28,879 nucleotides of DNA, from positions 1 through 28,879 of IMG/VR virus record IMGVR_UViG_3300037045_000289, one strand, 5' to 3'. How positions within the stretch are numbered: the stretch's first letter is position 1; each line of letters starts with the position of its first letter. This DNA is from a virus. Its lineage: Duplodnaviria > Caudoviricetes. Below the pieces are notes generated by a model that did no database searches, was not told the origin of the DNA, and saw only the letters and a program-made list of their open reading frames with translations. Shown here piece after piece: positions 1 to 9,935 of the stretch. The position numbers and the translations under genes were made by a program.

Positions 1-165
1 CTGGTTCGGGAAACCGAGCTTGGTTCCGAGACGCTCTACTCGATCGTCTCGCGGATGAACCTCGAAAGTGACGAGGAGCGCGAGCGCCTCTACCAACGCC
101 TGAAGCGTGTGCGCTCGAGGGCGAAGAAGCGACTGCGGGACGTGATCGCCGCGTCCCCGCCCTGA
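1..165 (+). CDS. C-terminal fragment of a gene, possibly sigma-70 region 4/HTH-like regulator (5' truncated)
   Basis: Frame 1 is open to TGA 163-165: LVRETELGSETLYSIVSRMNLESDEERERLYQRLKRVRSRAKKRLRDVIAASPP. The basic helix K-R-x-R-S-R-A-K-K-R-L-R resembles the end of sigma region 4.2. Confidence 0.45.
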   Translation: MVRETELGSETLYSIVSRMNLESDEERERLYQRLKRVRSRAKKRLRDVIAASPP

Positions 166-180
166 GCCGCCGCTGCTCTG
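153..180 (+). promoter_or_regulatory. Putative phage late promoter, copy 1 (GTCCC-N18-CTCTG)
   Basis: GTCCC 153-157, CTCTG 176-180; upstream of RBS GGAGG 189-193 and ATG 201. Confidence 0.65.
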
Positions 181-200
181 CCACCCCCGGAGGATGTGCG

Positions 201-542
201 ATGCCCGGAAGAAGCTCACGCCGCAAAGGACATGATTTTGAGCGGGAGATGGTCCACCGCTTCGCCGAGGTCTTCGGCAAGGACCGCGTGCACCGCGGGA
301 TGCAGTTCCGCGACGGCGCCGAGTGCGCGGACGTCGTCGCGCCGGCCCTCCACCTCGAGTGCAAGCGCGGCGCACGCACGAATCCTCGGGCTGCCCTTGC
401 GCAGGCGACCGAGGACTCGCTCGGCAAGGGGCTTTGGCCCGTCGCAGTGTGCAAGGACGACAAGGAGCATGCCTTCATCGCGATGCACCTCGAAGACTTC
501 CTCGACCTGCTGCGCGAGTGGTGGGCAGCGAGGAGTCGCTGA
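201..542 (+). CDS. Holliday junction resolvase, Hjc-like PD-(D/E)XK family
   Basis: SRRKGHDFERE N-terminal motif, AD...LECKR catalytic motif, 113 aa, RBS GGAGG. Confidence 0.8.
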   Translation: MPGRSSRRKGHDFEREMVHRFAEVFGKDRVHRGMQFRDGAECADVVAPALHLECKRGARTNPRAALAQATEDSLGKGLWPVAVCKDDKEHAFIAMHLEDFLDLLREWWAARSR

Positions 543-1636
543 TGTTCGGTGATCGCGGTCGCGGCGGCAGGCCCCGCAAGGGCGAGGGGCCGCGGGTGCC
601 CTACGAGGATCTCGATCGGATTCTCGTGTTCGGCGAGGTGGTGCCTTGCGAGGACGGCAACGGCACGACCGTGTACTACCCGAGCTACCGCGAGCTGGCA
701 GAGCGCTACGGCGTCTCGAATAGCGTGATTGCCGAGTACGCGAAGTCCCACAACGTGCAGCGGCGCCGCAAGGAAGCGCAGGCGCGCATCCAGGTGAAGG
801 CCGAGCAGAAGCTCGTCGAGATGCGGGCCAAGGCTATCGCCGTCTCGAAGGACGACGAGCTGCGGATCATCGACACCTACCTGATTGGATTCGAGACCGC
901 GCTCGCGGAGAATCGGGTGCGTTTCGACAACGCCGCCGACTTCAACACGATGGTGCGGCTCAAGGAGTTCGTCCTCGGGAACGCCGACTCCCGGCAGGAA
1001 ATCCACGCCGCGCTCTCGCTCGAGACGCTGCAGGCTCGGCATCGGCAGATGATGCACACGCTCGATGCTTCGTCGGAGGAGCGTGGGGAAGTGGAGAACG
1101 CGCTACCCGAGAAAGGGGACACCGAAAAAACGCTTCCGGAGCCCCCCGCGCCCGCGATCGAGGTGGCCGCCGAGGAACCGCCCGCTCGGTTTGCCGGTCG
1201 GTTCCGCGATTCCGACCAGGCCGCGACCGTGCTCGGTTCCGGGCGCCAGGCGGGCTCACGATGCGACGAGTCGCCGAGGGCGACCATCGTCCCGCCGGAG
1301 CCAAGGGGAGCGCACGTGGGGCCGAATTCGGCGCAGCGTTGCGCGAATCGCGGGGAGAGCGGCGGGGGGGCCGGTCCCGGTGCGCCCGGCGATGAGGGCT
1401 CGCGAGGTGTGGCTCCGCGTGACTGCCTCGAGACTGGGCGAGTCTCCCCGAGCTCGCCGTCATCGGGCCGTCATTCGAATCCTGCGGGAATCGCAGGGTC
1501 TCGCGACACTGCTGAGCAGACTGCCTGGGCCGACGAAGAACACGGGCCGCCCACGGTGCCCGACTTCAGGCGCGAGGACGCCTTCGCCGACAGGCTTCCG
1601 CCGCCGCCGCGCGATGCGGAGGGCGAATGCGAATAG
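542..1636 (+). CDS. Putative terminase small subunit (AT-hook-like + HTH, long disordered C-tail)
   Basis: ATG 542 overlaps the upstream TGA, RBS AGGAG 531-535; GRGGRPRKG AT-hook-like motif; HTH PSYRELAERYGVSNSVIAEYA followed by coiled coil; lies upstream of TerL. Confidence 0.55.
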   Translation: MFGDRGRGGRPRKGEGPRVPYEDLDRILVFGEVVPCEDGNGTTVYYPSYRELAERYGVSNSVIAEYAKSHNVQRRRKEAQARIQVKAEQKLVEMRAKAIAVSKDDELRIIDTYLIGFETALAENRVRFDNAADFNTMVRLKEFVLGNADSRQEIHAALSLETLQARHRQMMHTLDASSEERGEVENALPEKGDTEKTLPEPPAPAIEVAAEEPPARFAGRFRDSDQAATVLGSGRQAGSRCDESPRATIVPPEPRGAHVGPNSAQRCANRGESGGGAGPGAPGDEGSRGVAPRDCLETGRVSPSSPSSGRHSNPAGIAGSRDTAEQTAWADEEHGPPTVPDFRREDAFADRLPPPPRDAEGECE

Positions 1637-1663
1637 CCGCTTTTGTTACAAAGCGGCCATTCG
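1630..1663. repeat. 34-bp palindrome (14-6-14, one mismatch); candidate tyrosine-recombinase core site or terminator
   Basis: CGAATAGCCGCTTT-TGTTAC-AAAGCGGCCATTCG. Confidence 0.6.
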
Positions 1664-1883
1664 AGGTCCCGGGGTGCCCTCGCTTCGCGCGAATCAGCGA
1701 TCATTCGCGGCGCATTTGCGCGGCATCGAACCGCCGCTTTCCGCCGCCGGCTCGGCCTCGATGGGGCAGGATGCCGGCCCTTGCCTACAACGTACAGCGG
1801 GGTGGGGGGTGGTCAGATTTTCGGCGCCAACGGAGCCCTGCCCTGGGTGTCTGGTGCCGATCTCGACAGGGGCTGGTTCTGGA

Positions 1884-1926
1884 AACCGACCGCTGCTCGA
1901 GGCCGGTCGGTTCGGCCCGGTCGGTT
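1884..1926. repeat. AACCGACCG / CCGGTCGGTT inverted and direct repeats
   Basis: AACCGACCG 1884-1892; CCGGTCGGTT 1903-1912 and 1917-1926; the same 10-mer occurs at 1194-1203. Confidence 0.55.
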
Positions 1927-1953
1927 GCATTGTGCAAGTGGGGTCGTAAGCCT

Positions 1954-2571
1954 TCAGCAGGGGAGCTCTTGGACCGAGCGGACCAGCTCCTCGTCGGTCG
2001 GGTGGGTGTAAATCCCGGTCGTGGTGATGGAGCAGTGCCGCGCGAAGCGCTGCGTGAGCCGGATGTCGCGCGTGCGTCGGTAGAGATTCGAGCACGCGCT
2101 ATGCCTCAGCGAATGAAAGCTGAAGTGTCGCTCGAAGCCGGCGCGCTTCTGCCAGACCGCGAACGCATGGCGCAGCTGGCGCGTCGACAGTCGGCGATGC
2201 TTGCGACTGATGAACAGCGGATCGGCGGGCGCGATGCCCTGCCCATCCGCGCGCTTCTGCTTCAGCAGCTTTTCGAGCTTCGCGCGGAGCGTGTCCGACA
2301 GCACGATCTCTTGCGGCGCGGGGTCTTCGGTGGCGCGCTTGAAGACCCGCAGCACGACGTGGCGCCGGGCGCTGCCGTCGCTGTCGAACACGTCGCCGAT
2401 GTCGAGGGCGAGGATCTCGTGCTCGCGCAGGCCAGTGCCCAGGGCGAGACCGAAGATCACGTGGTCACGCCATCCGGCCGCGTGCTGGCCGGTGGTGCGC
2501 AGGAGCAGCGCGACCTCGCGTTCGGTGAGGGTGCGTGGGGGGCGGGCGATGGATTCGGCGTAGTTGCTCAT
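1954..2571 (-). CDS. Small tyrosine recombinase (catalytic domain only, about 205 aa, FimB/E-like size)
   Basis: Catalytic set present: TGLREHE (R), FKR (K), HSLRH (HxxR), FARH (H), TGIYT (Y). Start placed at ATG 2571 (MSNYAES); the ORF track extends to 2619. Confidence 0.9.
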   Translation of the reverse strand: MSNYAESIARPPRTLTEREVALLLRTTGQHAAGWRDHVIFGLALGTGLREHEILALDIGDVFDSDGSARRHVVLRVFKRATEDPAPQEIVLSDTLRAKLEKLLKQKRADGQGIAPADPLFISRKHRRLSTRQLRHAFAVWQKRAGFERHFSFHSLRHSACSNLYRRTRDIRLTQRFARHCSITTTGIYTHPTDEELVRSVQELPC

Positions 2572-2618
2572 GCGTCGATACAGGCTTCTTCCGGCGGCTT
2601 CAGCAAGGGAAAGCGGCA

Positions 2619-4058
<1,440 letters not shown>

Positions 4059-4085
4059 TTCACATCGACCGAAGTGCTGTAGAGT
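4059..4085 (+). promoter_or_regulatory. Possible sigma70-type promoter for a leaderless moron transcript
   Basis: TTCACA 4059-4064 and TAGAGT 4080-4085 (15-nt spacer, short); ATG 4092 is 7 nt downstream with no RBS. Confidence 0.3.
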
Positions 4086-4091
4086 GCCGGC

Positions 4092-4949
4092 ATGGAGTGG
4101 ATCCTTCGGTTGAACCTGGGCTTGCCAGCGCGCCCCGCTGATCTCGACGCGATTCGACGAAGCGTACCAGAGATCCTCGACCAGGAATGGAAGTCGGGAC
4201 ACGAAGGTCGGGAGTTTGTCACCGTGTTGCTGGCGGTCCACCATTTCGTCGTTGACGATCCGGAATCCTTCGCTGCGCGTGTTCGAGACTGGGTACGTGG
4301 GATCGAAGGAGCCCCATCCGACTCTCAACCGGCGCCTCCTCGCATCGACGGCGAGTGCCCACACCCAGAGTGCCCATTCAAGCCGATATCGGAGGAGCGC
4401 TCCGCGGAGCCCCTGGTAACTCACCTTATGCGCGTCGGAGGAGGGCCCGATCGCAAACCCCCGCTAGAAGCCTTCCTCGATGTGGTGCGCACGGTCCATT
4501 CGGGACACGGGAAAATCCTTCAAGTCATCGTAACGGATCCCTACTTGCTCACCGACAGAAGTGAAAACGGCACACCTGGCGGCTTCGAGAACTTCCTCAA
4601 GTACCTTGATGCCCTCCGCATCGAGACCATGGGAAGCGTGGATCTCTTCATCACCCCCGGACCAAAAAAACCTTCTGCAAACAGGGAGCGGTGGGAAGCA
4701 GCAGCGAAGACTCGATTCCCGCGTCTACGTATCAAGCCATTTTCTGCACAGCTTCATTTTCACGATCGATTCTACATCGCGCACCATGAGCACGGCGTCG
4801 TGCGTGGTGTGTTCGGTCCTTCCCTGAATGGGCTGGGCGATACCGATATTGCGCTGATCGGCGAAATCGAGTTTGCAGACGCCCTCTCGACCCTGAGTCG
4901 GTGGTTCGTTCTCGGCGCCAGTTCACCGAATCGCCGGCGTAGGCGGTGA
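4092..4949 (+). CDS. Accessory protein with C-terminal PLD-like (HDR-type) nuclease-fold domain
   Basis: VIVTDPY ... HFHDRFYI ... GPSLNGLG motif series typical of PLD-fold HxR variants; more A/T-ending codons than the backbone. Confidence 0.6.
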   Translation: MEWILRLNLGLPARPADLDAIRRSVPEILDQEWKSGHEGREFVTVLLAVHHFVVDDPESFAARVRDWVRGIEGAPSDSQPAPPRIDGECPHPECPFKPISEERSAEPLVTHLMRVGGGPDRKPPLEAFLDVVRTVHSGHGKILQVIVTDPYLLTDRSENGTPGGFENFLKYLDALRIETMGSVDLFITPGPKKPSANRERWEAAAKTRFPRLRIKPFSAQLHFHDRFYIAHHEHGVVRGVFGPSLNGLGDTDIALIGEIEFADALSTLSRWFVLGASSPNRRRRR

Positions 4950-4975
4950 GACGTTGGTCTTCGAGGAGCACGGAC

Positions 4976-5554
4976 ATGAGCGAGTACGAAAATGTCTACC
5001 GCGACTTTCCGGAACGCTGCGGCAAGATCTTCCAAAGATGCAAGTCGCGTGTTGGGCAAGGGCCGAATCAAGAGGATTTGAGCGTCACGTTCTCGCTGAT
5101 GACGGCTACTTGCGCCATCATGGCTCCGTACGAGTACTACAAGCTGAGGGAGAACGCAGACGTGCGAGACGCCGACCTCCCGGCGAGCGTGCGGGCGCTC
5201 CGAGCGTTGTTCAACTCGTCGTTCAAGTCGAAATTCGGTCTGCCAAGAGCAACCACATGGCGCTATGGGCACCAGCGCGACATTGCCGATGATCCAGCTG
5301 AGTGGCAGCGCGCAGCAAGGACGATCGACGAGGGACCGAGGACGATTTCTCTGATAGGCACGATCCGAAACTCGCTCGCTCATATGAGGTTCTACACGCG
5401 GGGGGACCCCATTCAGCTTGTCATCTTCGCCAACAAGAACCCCGACGGCGGGGATGATTCGGTGGCAGTGGTATCACCCACCGAGTTTTGCGACTTCCTG
5501 GAATGTTGGTTCGAGAACATCCGAGACGTGCGGATTGAACCCGTGGCGCCGTAG
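4976..5554 (+). CDS. HEPN-domain putative RNase (pEK499-p136-like)
   Basis: Rx4H motif IRNSLAH; N-terminal DF-x-x-R and VT...P-Y-E pattern; RBS GAGGAG 4963-4968 before ATG 4976. Confidence 0.7.
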   Translation: MSEYENVYRDFPERCGKIFQRCKSRVGQGPNQEDLSVTFSLMTATCAIMAPYEYYKLRENADVRDADLPASVRALRALFNSSFKSKFGLPRATTWRYGHQRDIADDPAEWQRAARTIDEGPRTISLIGTIRNSLAHMRFYTRGDPIQLVIFANKNPDGGDDSVAVVSPTEFCDFLECWFENIRDVRIEPVAP

Positions 5555-5584
5555 ACCTCCAAGGTCACGTAAAAGAGTCTGAGC

Positions 5585-5613
5585 GTCCCCAGACCGGCGT
5601 AGTCAGGCCTCTG
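5585..5613 (+). promoter_or_regulatory. Putative phage late promoter, copy 2 (GTCCC-N19-CTCTG)
   Basis: GTCCC 5585-5589, CTCTG 5609-5613; the RBS-less portal GTG follows at 5621. Confidence 0.6.
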
Positions 5614-5620
5614 TGAAGAC

Positions 5621-7435
5621 GTGACCGCTGCCACGCCCATTTCCGAGGGCTACCGGACCGGTGAGATCCTCAAGGCCCTCATTCTCGGCGCCGACACGCC
5701 CGACCAGGCCTCGCGCCCGGGCGGCGAGGTCGGCGCGGTGTTCGCCTCGCTGGGCGCGCTCGAGCCCCCCTACGACCCCGAGGCGCTCTGCCTGCTGTTC
5801 GAGCACTCGAACTCCCTGCGCCAGAACGTCGACGCGTACGCTACGAACATTGACGGCTTCGGCCACCGGCTCGATCCGGCGATCGACTTCGACGCGGACG
5901 ACGCCGATCGGCGCGTCGGCGAGTGCATCTTCCTCGAGCGCCTGGCGGCGCGCGATCGCGGGGAGCTGCCGCCAGAGGCGGAGTTCGAGCCGACCCCGGA
6001 GGAGATCAAGGACCGACGGCTTGAGCTGGTCCAGCTCGCCCGCACCGAACGTGCGCGCCTGACGAGCTTCTTCGAGTTCTGCTCGTTCGACCACTCGTTC
6101 GTCGAGCTGCGCCGACGGACACGCCAGGACCTCGAGGTCACGGGCAACGCGTACTGGGAGGTGCTACGCAACGCCGCGGGCGAGGTGGCCAGGATCGTGT
6201 ACGTGCCTTCGTTCACCATGCGACTGCTTCCGCTCGACGCTGCCCCAGTGCCGGTCGAGGAGAGCGTGCGCATCTCGCCGGTCACGCTCGAACGAGTGAC
6301 CACGCGGCAGCGCATGCGCCGTTTTCTCCAGGTGCAGTACACGCAACGCACGTTCTTCAAGGCGTTCGGCGACCCGCGGTTCGTGTCGCGCACCACAGGC
6401 GAGCCGTTTGCGAGCCTGGAGGCGCTGCGAGCCGGCTCTCTGGACGATGCGCCCGCCACCGAGATCCTTCACTTCGCCATCCCGTCCCCGCGGTCGCCGT
6501 ACGGCATCCCTCGTTGGGTCGGCGGCATGCTCGCCGTGATGGGCTCGCGACAGATGGAGGAGGTCAACTACATGTATTTCGAGAACAAGAGCGTGCCGCC
6601 ACTCGCGCTCTTGGTCTCTGGCGGCAAGCTCTCCGAAGCCTCCGTCCCGCGCATCGAGCGTTTCATCGAAGAGAACCTCAAGGGGAAGAACAACTTCCAC
6701 AAGGTGCTTATCCTCGAGGCCGAGGGGGCTACGAGCGCGAACGACGCCGCTCGCGCCCGCATCGAGCTCCGTCCGCTCACCGAGGCCCAGCAGCATGACG
6801 CCCTGTTCCAGCAATACGACGAGCGCAATATCGACAAGGTGGGCAGCGCATTCCGGCTGCCACGCCTACTGCGTGGGGACAGCCGCGACTTCAACCGGGC
6901 CGTGGCCGACGCCCAGCTTCGATTCGCCGAGGACCAGGTCTTCCAGCCCGAGCGCGACGAGTTCGACTTCATCGTCAACCGCAAGCTCCTCGCCGACATG
7001 GGCATCCGCTTCTGGCGCTTCCGTTCGCAGACGCCTGTCACCCGCGACCCCGAGCGCATGACCAACATGGTCGAGAAGCTCGTTCGGGTCGGCGTGCTCA
7101 CTCCCGAGGAAGGTCGCGTGCTCGCGAGCGACATCTTCAACCGGGAGTTCGCCAAGCTCGGCGCGGACTGGACAAAACGCCCCATCACTCTCACGCTCGC
7201 GGGAATTCAAAACGGCGTCGAAGACCTGCGTCCGAAGCCCCCGACCGAAACCCTCATAGACCAGGCCAAACGCCTCCTCGCGCTGCGCGAGGAACTCGCC
7301 GCCGAGGAGGAGCGTCGATCGCGGGAACGCCTGCAAATGGCGAGGGACGAGATGCGCAGGCCTGAACCGGAAAGGCTCGCTGTGCCGTCTGGCGAGTGGC
7401 GGTCGTGGTTCGAGGAGGACAGCGATGGATCGTGA
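5621..7435 (+). CDS. Portal protein (PBSX XkdE/HK97-like family)
   Basis: LEPPYDP, DLEVTGNAYWEV, EILHF, YGIPRW, YFENKSVP, AFRLP motifs; position after TerL. Confidence 0.92.
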   Translation: MTAATPISEGYRTGEILKALILGADTPDQASRPGGEVGAVFASLGALEPPYDPEALCLLFEHSNSLRQNVDAYATNIDGFGHRLDPAIDFDADDADRRVGECIFLERLAARDRGELPPEAEFEPTPEEIKDRRLELVQLARTERARLTSFFEFCSFDHSFVELRRRTRQDLEVTGNAYWEVLRNAAGEVARIVYVPSFTMRLLPLDAAPVPVEESVRISPVTLERVTTRQRMRRFLQVQYTQRTFFKAFGDPRFVSRTTGEPFASLEALRAGSLDDAPATEILHFAIPSPRSPYGIPRWVGGMLAVMGSRQMEEVNYMYFENKSVPPLALLVSGGKLSEASVPRIERFIEENLKGKNNFHKVLILEAEGATSANDAARARIELRPLTEAQQHDALFQQYDERNIDKVGSAFRLPRLLRGDSRDFNRAVADAQLRFAEDQVFQPERDEFDFIVNRKLLADMGIRFWRFRSQTPVTRDPERMTNMVEKLVRVGVLTPEEGRVLASDIFNREFAKLGADWTKRPITLTLAGIQNGVEDLRPKPPTETLIDQAKRLLALREELAAEEERRSRERLQMARDEMRRPEPERLAVPSGEWRSWFEEDSDGS

Positions 7436-7682
7436 CGCGCTCCACCGGGCCTGGGTTGCCCAAGCGCAGGCCGACGCCGACCGCGGCGTCATCGAATGCC
7501 GAATCTGCAAGCGCCACAGCACCCTCGACGAGGCCATCACGCTCTGGCGCAACGGCTTCCTCGTGTTCGCGGTGTGCGACAAATGCACGGGCTGCCACGA
7601 CATCGTGATCCGACCTACCGGCGCTGGAATCGAAGTTCGAGGCGCGAGCCGCGGACCGCTTGTGATTCGGGGCGCTCCGTGA
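7425..7682 (+). CDS. Small Zn-finger protein
   Basis: CRIC and CDKC pairs; RBS GAGGAGG; overlaps the portal stop. Confidence 0.65.
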   Translation: MDRDALHRAWVAQAQADADRGVIECRICKRHSTLDEAITLWRNGFLVFAVCDKCTGCHDIVIRPTGAGIEVRGASRGPLVIRGAP

Positions 7683-7978
7683 AGGCGGTCGTGACCAGCA
7701 AACGCCCCTGCCTCCTCTCGCGGGGCGAAATGCGGCGTGTTCCGCAGGACCGATCCTACCGCGGCATCGTCGGCTACCACGTCTGCTGCCCCCGCTGCGG
7801 ATTCGTCACCGCCGTGCTCAATGGAGCGGCCGACCTGGTGATCTCCGAATCACCCGACGAGGCGGTCTCCTTCTCGCTGCCTGCTCGATGCGTGTTCTGC
7901 AACGTCCTGATCCACCTCGCCGCCGGCGAGCTCACCCTCGAGGAGGACGACCGTGTGCGGGACGTCACCTACCGATGA
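7679..7978 (+). CDS. Small Zn-ribbon protein
   Basis: GTGA overlap with the previous gene; CCPRC and CVFC pairs; 99 aa. Confidence 0.6.
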   Translation: MKAVVTSKRPCLLSRGEMRRVPQDRSYRGIVGYHVCCPRCGFVTAVLNGAADLVISESPDEAVSFSLPARCVFCNVLIHLAAGELTLEEDDRVRDVTYR

Positions 7979-9026
7979 CCTCGCCCTGATTCGAGGTGCG
8001 CGGCGCGCAGCCGACGAACTGCTCCTCGGTCTCGGCGTTCCCGTTCGGAAGGCCTTCGAGGTGGCGACGCCCCGAGGCTTCGACGCGGCTGTCTCGCGAC
8101 TCGCCGCCCTGTTACGCAGGCTGGCTCGCGTCTCCGAGGTCGAGGCTGTGCGCCAGGCAGTCGCGGTCCTCGACGTCGACTGGCGAGCAATGACTCCCGC
8201 ACAGCGGAGCCAGCTCGTTCGCCAGGCGCGCGCGGTGGCCGGACGCGCGGTGTCCACCGTCCACGAGCAGGTGCGGGCCCCGCTTGGGCGTGCGGCGTCC
8301 GATGTGGTGGCGGCGACGCGATCCGACGGGCGGCGGCGCGGCCTCTCCATTGCGGCCGACTTCAACGCCGTGGACCGGCGAGCGGTGGCCTACGTAGTGC
8401 GCGCCAACAGCCTGTTCGTCCGCGACGAGTACGGTCGTCGGCTCGAGTCGCTCGGCCTCGAAGCCAAGCGGATCGTGGCGCGAGGTCTCGAGGACGGGCT
8501 CGGCCGCGACGAGCTCGCAGGTGACCTGGCCCGCGCCGCGAACGCGGCCATGGTGCAGCGTTCGGCATCATACTGGGACGTAATCGCCGCCTCGTTCGTG
8601 GGCGAATCGCGGAGCCTCTCGCAGATCTCCGCCTACGCCGAGGCCGGCATCGAACGCTACATGCTGTCCGCGGTCCTCGACGAGCACACCACTGACACGT
8701 GCCGGTTCCTCGACGGAAAGGTCATTCAGACCGAGGACGCGATCAGGATGCTCGACCGCATGGAGTCCTCCGAAGACCCTGCGGCCATCAAGCAGATCCG
8801 CCCTTGGGTTCGCGAGCGAGTGGGAGATGACGGCAGGCGGGCGCTCCTGGTCGACCGAGATGGCGGGCGCGGCGTGCTGGCGGTCGTCGAGCGGTCGGGC
8901 GTTGGAGTTCGAGACGACCGCGGCGCCTACTCGCGGGCCGTCTCTGGGCGAGACCTCGCCCCTGCTGGGATAGGGTTTCCCCCCTTCCACGGCTTGTGCA
9001 GGAGCACAACGGTCCCCGACGTCTGA
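7953..9026 (+). CDS. Head morphogenesis protein (MuF / SPP1 gp7 family)
   Basis: SAVLDEHTTDTCRFLDGK and PPFHGLCRSTTVP signature motifs; RBS AGGAGG 7941-7946. Confidence 0.88.
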   Translation: MCGTSPTDDLALIRGARRAADELLLGLGVPVRKAFEVATPRGFDAAVSRLAALLRRLARVSEVEAVRQAVAVLDVDWRAMTPAQRSQLVRQARAVAGRAVSTVHEQVRAPLGRAASDVVAATRSDGRRRGLSIAADFNAVDRRAVAYVVRANSLFVRDEYGRRLESLGLEAKRIVARGLEDGLGRDELAGDLARAANAAMVQRSASYWDVIAASFVGESRSLSQISAYAEAGIERYMLSAVLDEHTTDTCRFLDGKVIQTEDAIRMLDRMESSEDPAAIKQIRPWVRERVGDDGRRALLVDRDGGRGVLAVVERSGVGVRDDRGAYSRAVSGRDLAPAGIGFPPFHGLCRSTTVPDV

Positions 9027-9029
9027 TTC

Positions 9030-9060
9030 GCAATCCGCAACTACCCCGTTGCGGAGTTGC
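9030..9060. repeat. Inverted repeat (operator or hairpin) upstream of an accessory gene
   Basis: GCAA-TCCGCAAC-TACCCC-GTTGCGGA-G-TTGC. Confidence 0.5.
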
Positions 9061-9097
9061 CCGTGCGATGCTTTCCTCCGTCCGAACGGAGGCCAAC

Positions 9098-9817
9098 GTG
9101 GCACGCAAAACTGAAGAAAACCCGACCGAGGCAATCGTTGTCGCCGAGCAGGAGCCAGCGCTGCCGGCGAGCGCAACGAAGCAGGATGAGAAACTCGTCG
9201 ACAAGGCCGCGAAGCAGATCCGAGACATCCTCGCGCGCACCGTCTCGCAGGGACTGGAAGAAGTTGGCAACTACCTCCTCGAGACGTTCTACGAGGGAAA
9301 CCCCGAGCTCTACCAGTCGTTGAAGCCGAGCAAGCACGCATCGCTCACGTTGCTCGAGGAGCGCTGCGAGACGCTCGAGCTTCCGGTGAGCCGAACCTTC
9401 CTCGCAAACGCGATCGGCGTAGCGGTGATGACGAAGCACCTTCCCAAGTCGTCGTCGTTCCTCAAGCTGCCGCCGAGCCACAAGACCGAGTTGCTCGGTA
9501 TTAGCACGCCGGAGAAGGCGGAGAACCTGGCTGCGAAGGTGCTCGAGGGGAAGCTCACGGTCCAGAAGCTTCGCGAGCTCGTGCGCAAGGAGCGGGCGAA
9601 GAGCAAGAAGAACCCGCAGGGGCGCAAGCCCACGCCGACGGTCGTCCGCGTCCTGACTTCGTGCGCGAAGCTGCTGCGGGATCAGACGACCGGCCGCCTC
9701 GTGTTCCGCAAGGCCGACTTCACGGAGCTTACCCCCGAGCAGCTCGAAGAGGTGAAGGAGCTGCGCGACACGATCCTCAAGCGGATGGAAGAAGTGCACA
9801 AGCACCTCGGCGGATAG
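9098..9817 (+). CDS. Accessory helical, basic protein; ParB/DUF1016-N-like DNA-binding fold suspected
   Basis: GTG 9098 with RBS GGAGG 9088-9092; LPPSHKTELL...LAAKVLEGKLTVQKLRELVR pattern; strong GC3 bias. Confidence 0.6.
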   Translation: MARKTEENPTEAIVVAEQEPALPASATKQDEKLVDKAAKQIRDILARTVSQGLEEVGNYLLETFYEGNPELYQSLKPSKHASLTLLEERCETLELPVSRTFLANAIGVAVMTKHLPKSSSFLKLPPSHKTELLGISTPEKAENLAAKVLEGKLTVQKLRELVRKERAKSKKNPQGRKPTPTVVRVLTSCAKLLRDQTTGRLVFRKADFTELTPEQLEEVKELRDTILKRMEEVHKHLGG

Positions 9818-9829
9818 CGCCAAGGACCT

Positions 9830-9857
9830 GTCCCCGCTCCTCGGCATCGCCCCTCTG
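9830..9857 (+). promoter_or_regulatory. Putative phage late promoter, copy 3 (GTCCC-N18-CTCTG)
   Basis: GTCCC 9830-9834, CTCTG 9853-9857, in the intergenic gap before the MTase-protease gene. Confidence 0.65.
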
Positions 9858-9935
9858 CCCCCTGCGTGACCCACCGCAGGATCCGAACCCGAATCCCGTC
9901 CTCGAAGCCCGGCCTCGCACCCGTGGAGGCGCGCC

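Noticed and set aside
323-541. N-terminal extension of the 437-aa ORF in the track
   Set aside because: It overlaps the resolvase gene; ATG 542 has an RBS and stop-start coupling.
1781-1793. TTGCCTACAACGT resembling an integron attC half-site near a tyrosine recombinase
   Set aside because: No complementary half-site or cassette array, and the recombinase lacks the IntI-specific insertion.
1954-2571. Recombinase as the prophage integrase marking an att boundary
   Set aside because: It is too short, lacks an arm-binding domain, and phage genes continue on both sides; no tRNA or att duplication was seen.
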